A stretch of DNA of 62,017 nucleotides. Origin: an uncultured bacterium (GTDB lineage: Bacteria; Patescibacteriota; Minisyncoccia; Phycocordibacterales; CAIZLB01). A model generated the notes under the pieces. That model was given only the letters and a program-made list of their open reading frames with translations. It made no database searches and was not told the DNA's origin. The position numbers and the translations under genes are program-made. Each line of letters begins with the position of its first letter. Within the stretch, counting starts at the first letter, position 1. Below, one piece after another: positions 20,211-27,764 of the stretch. The stretch spans positions 1 through 62,017 of the forward strand of contig CAIZVZ010000004.1 in NCBI GenBank assembly GCA_903936565.1, given 5' to 3'.

Positions 20211-20241
20211 TGAATATCTTTACAATCTTACTCTTTGTAGA

Positions 20242-21522
20242 TTACAGAATCCCCTTTCTTTTTAGATTTTCTTGTTTAAAATCCTCAATTCTACTTCTGT
20301 TAGCTAGAGCAAGCTTTGCTTTTTTCTTTTCTATAATCATAAATCCAACAAAGGCTGACCATAGAACTAGACCCAGAATATACAGAGCCACCTTTAGGTT
20401 AAAACTAATTCCCGTTGCAGGAACTTCGTTTAGGTAGATTCCAGAAATTGGAGTACCTCCACTTATTGATGCTCCAATAATGTTTGCATTACATACAGCT
20501 GTTACGGTTTGACCCGCTGAAGAGTAAACTGTTACAGTCGCAGATTTTGTTCCCGGTATCGTATATCTTTGTTGAATCTGATATGCGTTACCATAGCTCA
20601 ATCCATCTGTTCCTGTCCAAGAATATGTATATGTACCGTTTCCACCAGTTGGGTATGCAGTCCATACAACATTGTCACCCACGTTTGCTGTTTGAGGCTG
20701 AGCAACACAAGTTGCAGTTAAGTTACCGTAATTGTAATTGTAATTATAATTGTAGTTATAATTTGAATTTACATAGGCATTACATGTTCTTGTAACAGTT
20801 TGACTACCAGATGTAACAGTTAATGAAACCGTTTTTGATCCAATACTTGTAAATCTACCTGTTATAACTTGAGAAGAGCCGGAGATACCATCTGAACCTG
20901 ACCAGTAATATGAGTATGACCCTGTTCCACCCGAAGCACTTCCTGATAATGTAACGGTATCATTTATATAAATGTTACTTGGACTTATCACACAAGAAGC
21001 GTTCAATGTATTGTATGTTGGTGTTTGAGGTGTTGTAGGAACGTATACGATTCTAGGTGATGGTGTATAAGTATATCCACTATAAGAACAAGTTGAACAT
21101 CCTAGATACGAAGAGTCATAGTATGAAGATCCTCCACTGTAACAAGATGAACACCCTGAAGTACATGTGGAACAATAGTCATACGCTGTTGAACCTGAGT
21201 AGTTTGGGTAATATGCTATTGAATCAGAGTAGTTTGGGTAACTATATGATGAGTCTGAATAGTTCGGGTAACTATATGATGAGTCGGAATAGTTCGGGTA
21301 ACTATATGATGAGTCGGAATAGTTCGGGTAACTATATGATGAGTCTGAATAGTTTGGGTAACTATATGATGAGTCTGAATAGTTTGGGTAACTATATGAT
21401 GAGTCGGAATAGTTCGGGTAATACTCCTGTGCTTTTACACCACTTGGCATAACGACAAAAACGGTCAGTGCCAGTACTGTTGCAAAAAGGGTGTATTTAG
21501 TTAGGTTTTTCATCTTTAACAT
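20242..21522 (-). CDS. Secreted repeat protein: YPNYSDSSYS tandem repeats, two PKD/Ig-like domains, C-terminal VPATG plus membrane anchor
   Basis: The likely start is MLKMKNLTKYTLFATVLALTVFVVMPSGVKA (signal peptide) at 21522; the track ORF opens at 21582. Two PKD-like modules are present (GGTGSYSYYWSGSDG..., GGNGTYTYSWTGTDG...). The C-terminus is VPATG, a hydrophobic helix, then KKKAK. Confidence 0.7.
   Translation of the reverse strand: MLKMKNLTKYTLFATVLALTVFVVMPSGVKAQEYYPNYSDSSYSYPNYSDSSYSYPNYSDSSYSYPNYSDSSYSYPNYSDSSYSYPNYSDSSYSYPNYSDSIAYYPNYSGSTAYDYCSTCTSGCSSCYSGGSSYYDSSYLGCSTCSYSGYTYTPSPRIVYVPTTPQTPTYNTLNASCVISPSNIYINDTVTLSGSASGGTGSYSYYWSGSDGISGSSQVITGRFTSIGSKTVSLTVTSGSQTVTRTCNAYVNSNYNYNYNYNYNYGNLTATCVAQPQTANVGDNVVWTAYPTGGNGTYTYSWTGTDGLSYGNAYQIQQRYTIPGTKSATVTVYSSAGQTVTAVCNANIIGASISGGTPISGIYLNEVPATGISFNLKVALYILGLVLWSAFVGFMIIEKKKAKLALANRSRIEDFKQENLKRKGIL
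21181..21420 (-). repeat. 30-bp in-frame tandem repeat, about 8 units (6 near-identical plus 2 diverged)
   Basis: Units such as actatatgatgagtc(t/g)gaatagtt(t/c)gggta are repeated head to tail and encode YPNYSDSSYS x6, followed by YPNYSDSIAY and YPNYSGSTAY. Confidence 0.9.
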
Positions 21523-21646
21523 AGTGCTAGTATTATATATTATAAAGACATTAATGTCAATAGATGACTGTTCAGCCAGCACTTTTCCTTGTCTAATAAT
21601 ACAGCCCTGGCAGCCCCCGTCCTTTATAATAGCCCTATAAACATCC

Positions 21647-22318
21647 CTACTTATTTTTCACCGCTTTAACCACGTATCTATCCCCTATTTCACTCAATCG
21701 ATCACAAGTAGAAAGAGTCAAAGTTGGGGTCGCAGCAGAGAAATCTATCCAAGTCTCACTTTTCTTAACATCTTTACCATCTACAACTGTATATGTGTAA
21801 GTTTTACCCGCCATAGAGTAGATTTTTATTTGATCGCCCTCCTTTAAATTCTTAAGGTTATTAAAGACCTTATACGCTTGATTTTGCACAATTTTTAAAC
21901 CAGTAGAGTGGCCAAAAATAAACATATTTCCAGACGTTATTGTTCCGGATCCTGGATATCTAACCGGTGCCTTTGTTAATTCATTATCCAGAAAAGTAAG
22001 GCTAGTTGAATCAGGATTAACAATCTTAAAATCAATACCCACCTTTTCAATTACAATCCTTGCCGGCAAATCTTCTATAGAAATTTCGCTAGTTTTAAGA
22101 CTGATTTTCACGTTTTCCTTGGTAAAATCGACACCAAATAGACTGGTATTTGACTGACTTTCTAGGCTGATACCAGCGCCTGGACCAGTAGTGGTATCTG
22201 CAATTTCTTTAGGAATAAAGCCTAAAACGGAAAAAATCGACAATGTTACAAAGAAGGTCAGACCAAAACCCACAATAAACAAAAAGTCGTTGCGTTTTAT
22301 AAGCTGTTTGAAATTCAT
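21647..22318 (-). CDS. Sortase-family transpeptidase
   Basis: N-terminal membrane anchor, a candidate catalytic His in MFIFGHSTG, Cys in LTLSTCD (TLxTC motif), and a downstream Arg (DRYVVKAV). Confidence 0.7.
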   Translation of the reverse strand: MNFKQLIKRNDFLFIVGFGLTFFVTLSIFSVLGFIPKEIADTTTGPGAGISLESQSNTSLFGVDFTKENVKISLKTSEISIEDLPARIVIEKVGIDFKIVNPDSTSLTFLDNELTKAPVRYPGSGTITSGNMFIFGHSTGLKIVQNQAYKVFNNLKNLKEGDQIKIYSMAGKTYTYTVVDGKDVKKSETWIDFSAATPTLTLSTCDRLSEIGDRYVVKAVKNK

Positions 22319-22383
22319 AAGGACATTATATACTAGTTTTGTATCATTGACAATATTATATTATATGATATAATCTAATAACT

Positions 22384-23922
22384 ATGGAAAAAGCAACATC
22401 TATATTAAAAACATCTACAAAAGCCATTATTATAGCCGTAATTATTTTAGTGCTAATATTTTTGAGCTTTCTTATGGTCAGTCTTGTACCAAGAATCTTA
22501 TCATCAATGGCCAACACTACCGTTTCAATATCATCAGCCTTCTTCCCTTCTGGTAACAAGACTGCAACAAATACAGCAACAAGCAGTGGAATATCTCTAA
22601 ACGGTCCCGATACAACATCAACAAACGCAGGAACATCTTCAAGCTCAAATGACTCATCAAAGGGAGATTTCCTATCGAACTTCTTCGGGCCAAGAAAAAA
22701 CAACAACACTGATCAGTCAGTGAATTTTAGTGTTGCAACCTCAACAAGACAAAACACAAACAATAATAACAACTCTGGTTCAAGTAATTCATACCGTCAA
22801 CCAAGTAATAATTATTCAGCCAACACAGGAACACCAGACTTGTCTGTACAGATATTATCAGTTGGAACAAAAACCAATGGTGTGTTTGTAGCGACAAATA
22901 ATTTTACAACAGACAGTACTGTAGTTGTTAATTTCCAAATAACAAACCAAGGAACTGCGGCGTCTGGTGCATGGGCTATGAGAGTCGACTCCCCTTCTTC
23001 AAATGCAATGGATAAGATTAAGACACTAACAGCAAGATCATTACCAGCCGGGGCTGCCGTGACTGGTCAAGTTGTATTTAACACTCCTGCAGTAGGAACA
23101 AATCAACAAATCACAATCTCTATAGATCCAAACAACACAATACATGAGAGCAACAAAACTAATAATCAAATTAGTTCAACCATAAACATAACTCAAGCTA
23201 ACAATTATTATAACTACAATAATAATTACAATACTTGTGTAAATGGTTACATGAACGGTGTTTACACTGGATGTACTAACAACAACAATTACAATAACTG
23301 TGTTAATGGATACATTAACGGAGTTTATACAGGATGTAACAACAATAACTACAATTACAACAACTGCGTGAACGGCTACGTAAACGGAGTCTATACTGGA
23401 TGTACCAACAATTATAATTATAATAACTGTATAAATGGTTACATGAACGGTGTTTACACTGGATGTAATAATTATTATGGGACAACTCAACCTAACCTAA
23501 ATGTAACCCTAATTGCACTTGGAAAATCTGATCTCTATAATCAATTTACTCAAACTACGTACCTAAGAACAGTAGATAAGGTGGCAATTAAATTTACCAT
23601 TACAAATAATTCTTCTGTATCTACACCAAGCTGGACCTGGAAAGCAAACCTAGTTGGACCAACTCCATATTACACAGGTACTTACTACAATAGTTATAAC
23701 GCTAATGGTTATACATACAATAGTGACGGTTCAAGAACATATATTGCACCGATCGTAGAAAATGGACTAGCCCCAGGAGAAACAAGAACTTACACCGCTA
23801 CCTTTGACGGTCTGACATATGGAACAAACTCTATGACAATCATTGTCGATTCAGCAAACAGTATTACAGAAAGCAACGAAGGTGATAATAGTATTAGTCA
23901 GTCATTCTTTGTGAGCTACTAA
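22384..23922 (+). CDS. Membrane-anchored surface protein with two CARDB-like domains and a Cys-containing repeat block
   Basis: N-terminal TM helix, an Asn/Ser/Thr-rich linker and two CARDB-like modules (PDLSVQILSVG...FQITNQGTAASGAW...IDPNNTIHESNKTNNQ, and PNLNVTLIALG...GETRTYTATF...VDSANSITESNEGDN). Five C[VI]NGYxNGVYTGC repeats lie between them. Confidence 0.6.
   Translation: MEKATSILKTSTKAIIIAVIILVLIFLSFLMVSLVPRILSSMANTTVSISSAFFPSGNKTATNTATSSGISLNGPDTTSTNAGTSSSSNDSSKGDFLSNFFGPRKNNNTDQSVNFSVATSTRQNTNNNNNSGSSNSYRQPSNNYSANTGTPDLSVQILSVGTKTNGVFVATNNFTTDSTVVVNFQITNQGTAASGAWAMRVDSPSSNAMDKIKTLTARSLPAGAAVTGQVVFNTPAVGTNQQITISIDPNNTIHESNKTNNQISSTINITQANNYYNYNNNYNTCVNGYMNGVYTGCTNNNNYNNCVNGYINGVYTGCNNNNYNYNNCVNGYVNGVYTGCTNNYNYNNCINGYMNGVYTGCNNYYGTTQPNLNVTLIALGKSDLYNQFTQTTYLRTVDKVAIKFTITNNSSVSTPSWTWKANLVGPTPYYTGTYYNSYNANGYTYNSDGSRTYIAPIVENGLAPGETRTYTATFDGLTYGTNSMTIIVDSANSITESNEGDNSISQSFFVSY
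23200..23478 (+). repeat. In-frame tandem repeat of ~60-66 bp, 5 copies
   Basis: Encodes NNYN(T/N)C(V/I)NGY(M/I/V)NGVYTGC(T/N)NN five times within the CARDB-domain protein. Confidence 0.8.
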
Positions 23923-23952
23923 TTGTAGACCAAGTGCGGTAATAAGATAATA

Positions 23953-23986
23953 AAAATACACCAAGACAATGGTGTATTTTTATTTA
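23953..23986 (+). terminator. Intrinsic terminator
   Basis: AAAATACACC-aagacaat-GGTGTATTTT followed by TATTT, about 30 nt after the stop at 23922. Confidence 0.65.
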
Positions 23987-24034
23987 CAAAACACAATCAT
24001 TTACAATACATAAGTAAAGTAATACTATTACCCT

Positions 24035-24775
24035 ATGAAAAATAATACTACACCAAGTAATGTTGCCGAGTGGCAAAAGTTCTTACATGAAATGTATGGC
24101 GACAATAATGCTGTGTATTATCAAAGCATATTGCAATTAATTGCCATGTTATCGTTGACCGTAAAAAAACTAGCAGATTCCATACGAAAAGGAAAAAATG
24201 AAGAAACCCCCAAAAGAATTGCCAATTGCATTTCGAAAACTTTTGCAATAGCAAACCGTTTTCAAGGAATGGACATGGCAAGCTTTTTAGCAATTAAATA
24301 CCCCATCGACGGTTGTGCATATTGTGGAGAAAAGCCGTGTAAGTGCGAGGAAAACCGATCTGAACACATTCCATCCGCAAAAACCGAATCACAATTAGGT
24401 TGGAACTTCAAAAACTGGCAAGTACACTTAGATGATGTCTACGGACCAAAGAATCGTTCCGCCGGAATTGATTACATAATCTTAAGACTTTTTCAAGAGC
24501 TTTCAGAACTTCTAGCAATCGCAACTGAAGTTGATTACATATCCAGACCCGCCACAGTAATCAAACAAGAGTACGGAAAAGAATTAGCGGATGTTTTTGC
24601 ATGGCTATTTGCTATTGCCAATGTGTTCGAAATTAACATAGATCACGCCACATTATCTATATACTCAAACGGCTGTCCCACATGTGGCAAAAAGAAATGT
24701 GAATGTACTAAATTTTTCATCACCGACGGTCAAATTAGTCATATAACAAATGCAAACTCCTTACCCAATCATTAG
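24035..24775 (+). CDS. Tandem MazG-like (all-alpha NTP pyrophosphohydrolase-like) protein with two Cys clusters
   Basis: The second half carries MazG-type acidic helices (FQELSELLAIATE, GKELADVFAWLFAIANVF). The first half is a similar helical module without the acidic residues. Each half ends in GC(A/P)xCGxK(P/K)CxC. Confidence 0.45.
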   Translation: MKNNTTPSNVAEWQKFLHEMYGDNNAVYYQSILQLIAMLSLTVKKLADSIRKGKNEETPKRIANCISKTFAIANRFQGMDMASFLAIKYPIDGCAYCGEKPCKCEENRSEHIPSAKTESQLGWNFKNWQVHLDDVYGPKNRSAGIDYIILRLFQELSELLAIATEVDYISRPATVIKQEYGKELADVFAWLFAIANVFEINIDHATLSIYSNGCPTCGKKKCECTKFFITDGQISHITNANSLPNH

Positions 24776-24798
24776 AATAATAATCAATTATGTCTTAT

Positions 24799-24831
24799 AA
24801 AAATCCACCCTTTGCATGAGTGGATTTTTAT
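24799..24831. terminator. Bidirectional intrinsic terminator
   Basis: AAAAATCCAC-cctttgcatga-GTGGATTTTTATTT between convergent genes (MazG-like on +, gyrB on -). Confidence 0.65.
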
Positions 24832-24854
24832 TTGTATTGAATTTATTTACAATG

Positions 24855-27005
24855 CTACGCATCAATATTAGCCATCTTTGCATTTGTTTGAATGAATGTC
24901 TTTCTTGCAGGAACGTCGTTACCCATCAAGATTTCAATTGTATTACTTGCCTCGTCTGAATCCTCAATTGTAACTCTCTTCAAAACTCTCTTATGAATAT
25001 CCATAGTAGTCTCTCCAAGCTCTTCTGCATTCATTTCTCCGAGACCCTTATATCTTTGGATATGAGGTTTCGTTTTCGATTTTTCACCGCCTTTCTTCCC
25101 CTTAGCTCCCTTCCCCTCTTTACCCTCCTCTACTCCTTCACCTCCATCTGCCTCTGCACCACCTTCCATCTCTTCATCATCATTTGAAATAGAGTCTGAT
25201 GTTATTTCAACTTCATTAACATCAAATCCTTCCTTTGTCATGTAATTATTCAATTCCTCTTGAGCGTAGAAATAATGAATCTCCTTTCCTCTCTTAACTT
25301 TATATAGTGGTGGTTGAGCAATGTAAATATATCCACCTTCAATCAAAGGTCTGAAATATCTATAGAACAAAGTTAGAATAAGAGTTCTAATGTGTGCACC
25401 GTCAACGTCGGCATCAGTTGCGATGATGATTTTATGATATCGAAGTTTTGAGATATCAAACGTATCGCCAATTCCACCACCGATTGCAATAACTAGGTTA
25501 CGAACTTGCTCTGATGCCAATAGCTTATCAAGACGAGCTCTTTCAATGTTTAGAATCTTTCCACGAAGTGGAAGGACGGCCTGAGTCCTACGATCACGTC
25601 CCATCTTAGCTGTTCCGCCAGCAGAGTCTCCCTCTACAATGAAGATTTCAGATTCCTCTGCCTTCTTGCTTTGACAGTCCGCAAGCTTTCCAGGAAGTGT
25701 CATGCCTTCAAGCGCACCCTTCCTTAGAACAGAATCCTTTGCCGCTTTAGCAGCCTTTCTTGAACGAAGGGCCAGAATTCCCTTTTGTACGATTAGCTTT
25801 GCATCATCAGGATTTTCCTCCAAGAATGAAGAGAAAGTTTCAGAGAATGCGGAAGACGTTGCACCCTGCGCCTCCATCGATCCAAGCTTTGACTTTGTCT
25901 GACCTTCAAATTGAATCTCTTGCATCTTAACGGACACAACGGCAACAAGACCTTCAGCTAAGTCATCTCCGGTCAATGAATCATCTCCGTCTTTAATTAA
26001 ATTATTTTTCTTTGCGTACGTATTTATTGTACGAGTTAGCGCAGTTTTAAATCCCGCAACATGAGTTCCACCTTCTGAGTTGAAGATATTATTTGCATAA
26101 GCGACGATCTTTGAATCAATGTCATCGATATATTGAAGTGCCACTTCAACTTGAACATTACCAACTTCCTTTTCTGCGTAGAAAATATTCTTGTGAACTG
26201 TCTTTTGAGTGTGATTATAAAACGCAACAAGAGAGCGAAGTCCTCCTTCAAAATAGAAGGACATTGAAGGAACATTTAGCTTTTGATCTTTAATGAAGAA
26301 TGCATCTTCCAAAATTCTATCCATTTCTTTTACAGAAAAACCGCGTGCATCCACCACATTAATTTCTAGCTTCTTAACTAGATATGCTTGTTGACGAAGA
26401 CGGCTTACAACCTTTGCCCAATCGAAATCAATTCCCTCTTTAAATATTTCTACATCTGGTTTGAATTTTACAATTGTTCCATGATCTTTTGTGGTGCCAA
26501 TCTTTTTTACTGCAGCACGACGCTTACCTTGATCATAGGCCTGCATGTGAATTCCACCATCTTGGTGAACCATAACCTCAGTATGAAGCGACAACGCGTT
26601 AACAACGGATGCTCCCACACCATGCAAACCTCCAGAATATTTGTAGGCATCATTATCAAACTTTCCTCCGGCGTGAAGAACGGTCATGATAGTCTCAAGT
26701 GCAGAGACTTTTGTCTTTGGGTGAATTCCAACTGGAATTCCATTTCCATTATCCACGACTCTTACATATCCATCTGGCAAAAGTGCAACCTCAATTCGAC
26801 TACATCTTCCGGCCATAGCCTCATCTCTTGAGTTATCAAAAATTTCCCAGATTAAATGGTGCAAACCTTCAGGGCCGGTTGTTCCGATATACATTCCAGG
26901 GCGCTTTCTTACTGGTTCCAATCCTTCTAGGACTTGAATATTCGATGCATCATAGACATCTGATTTCTTTGTTTTCTTTTCTGCCTTTTCTTCTGCTTTT
27001 GCCAT
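24855..27005 (-). CDS. gyrB: DNA gyrase subunit B
   Basis: YDASNIQVLEGLEPVRKRPGMYIG, GLHHLIWEIFDNSRDEA, GGLHGVGASVVNALS, Toprim EIFIVEGDSAGG and PLRGKILNIE, and a C-terminal QRYKGLGEM. A charged low-complexity insertion lies before QRYKGLGEM. Confidence 0.95.
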   Translation of the reverse strand: MAKAEEKAEKKTKKSDVYDASNIQVLEGLEPVRKRPGMYIGTTGPEGLHHLIWEIFDNSRDEAMAGRCSRIEVALLPDGYVRVVDNGNGIPVGIHPKTKVSALETIMTVLHAGGKFDNDAYKYSGGLHGVGASVVNALSLHTEVMVHQDGGIHMQAYDQGKRRAAVKKIGTTKDHGTIVKFKPDVEIFKEGIDFDWAKVVSRLRQQAYLVKKLEINVVDARGFSVKEMDRILEDAFFIKDQKLNVPSMSFYFEGGLRSLVAFYNHTQKTVHKNIFYAEKEVGNVQVEVALQYIDDIDSKIVAYANNIFNSEGGTHVAGFKTALTRTINTYAKKNNLIKDGDDSLTGDDLAEGLVAVVSVKMQEIQFEGQTKSKLGSMEAQGATSSAFSETFSSFLEENPDDAKLIVQKGILALRSRKAAKAAKDSVLRKGALEGMTLPGKLADCQSKKAEESEIFIVEGDSAGGTAKMGRDRRTQAVLPLRGKILNIERARLDKLLASEQVRNLVIAIGGGIGDTFDISKLRYHKIIIATDADVDGAHIRTLILTLFYRYFRPLIEGGYIYIAQPPLYKVKRGKEIHYFYAQEELNNYMTKEGFDVNEVEITSDSISNDDEEMEGGAEADGGEGVEEGKEGKGAKGKKGGEKSKTKPHIQRYKGLGEMNAEELGETTMDIHKRVLKRVTIEDSDEASNTIEILMGNDVPARKTFIQTNAKMANIDA

Positions 27006-27071
27006 GTAAAAATGTGGTTATTTATCCGTAATAATGGCTTAATTATAGCAAAAAATGGCATTTAACGCTTA

Positions 27072-27099
27072 TTGCCAAATGCCTTATTTGTGATATAGT
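27072..27099 (+). promoter_or_regulatory. Sigma-70-like promoter candidate for the GC-rich ORF
   Basis: TTGCCA (27072-27077), a 16-nt spacer, then TATAGT (27094-27099), about 120 nt upstream of the ATG at 27220. Confidence 0.35.
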
Positions 27100-27219
27100 T
27101 TTGGAACCTGCAACCAGTCCCGCCGCCCACGATGGGCGAAGGGATTACACAACAAAACACACTGCAATCAATTTGAGAGAGCGGTGCAGGTACCGTTCTT
27201 TCGCAACTAGAATACAAGT

Positions 27220-27663
27220 ATGTTAGATCTAAATTATATGAGTGACCTATTGGCCGCCGTGGCAAGAGCTGGAATTACGGCTGCTGAAATCGAACACGAG
27301 CACGATTCCATTCCAGTAGATGGCGACATTGATTTATTTGCTGCCGCACTGGTTGGCCAGGGCTTTGCTTGTCACGCGGTTCAGCGGGGAAAAAATGCCT
27401 TCCTGAGCCGAAAGGGAGACTCACAGATTGAACCCACCACCCCAGACGTTCCCAAACATCAGGGGTGGAGAGTGAAAACTGAAGTCGGATTCGCGAATCT
27501 TCGTACGTCCTTCATATTTGATACGAGTTTTAGACAACTGAAGGAGCATAACGTTATCCCGTGTGTTGACAACATGATGATGGCTATTATGTTCCAGCAC
27601 ATCACTTCTGAGATGTGCGTGCAGTTCGTGTGGCGCGAGAATAACGTCTTCCCACCTCAGTAA
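27220..27663 (+). CDS. Hypothetical protein in a GC-rich island
   Basis: 147-aa ORF in visibly G+C-richer sequence, with a promoter-like site upstream and a terminator downstream. I recognise no motif. Confidence 0.5.
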   Translation: MLDLNYMSDLLAAVARAGITAAEIEHEHDSIPVDGDIDLFAAALVGQGFACHAVQRGKNAFLSRKGDSQIEPTTPDVPKHQGWRVKTEVGFANLRTSFIFDTSFRQLKEHNVIPCVDNMMMAIMFQHITSEMCVQFVWRENNVFPPQ

Positions 27664-27689
27664 TAGCAGTTCAGCCTAACCAAAAACCC

Positions 27690-27730
27690 CACCCCGTAGT
27701 GACAGACGGCGTGGGGTGCTTTTTTTATTT
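27690..27730. terminator. Bidirectional intrinsic terminator
   Basis: CACCCC(G)...(T)GGGGTG stem (27690-27718), followed by a T run on the + strand and preceded by AAAAA. It lies between the convergent genes 27220..27663 (+) and pheT (-). Confidence 0.6.
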
Positions 27731-27764
27731 ATTAATTTAGTCGTGCCAGCCAACACCAATTGCC

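Noticed and set aside
21181-21420. Possible CRISPR array (this repeat, and the 9-bp repeats at 41763-41795)
   Set aside because: The repeats are head to tail with no unique spacers of CRISPR size. One is clearly in-frame coding sequence and the other is only 33 bp long. I recognised no cas genes in the window.
22356-22709. 117-aa ORF on the - strand
   Set aside because: It overlaps the 5' end of the much longer, well-structured + strand CARDB-protein gene, so it is a shadow ORF.
27124-27138. Guanidine-II (mini-ykkC)-like hairpin with an ACGA-type loop
   Set aside because: Only a single hairpin is present. The motif needs two tandem ACGR-loop hairpins, and the downstream gene is not a known guanidine-related transporter or carboxylase.
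27062-27265. 67-aa ORF on the - strand
   Set aside because: It lies across the promoter and leader of the + strand GC-rich ORF and overlaps its start, with no supporting signals.
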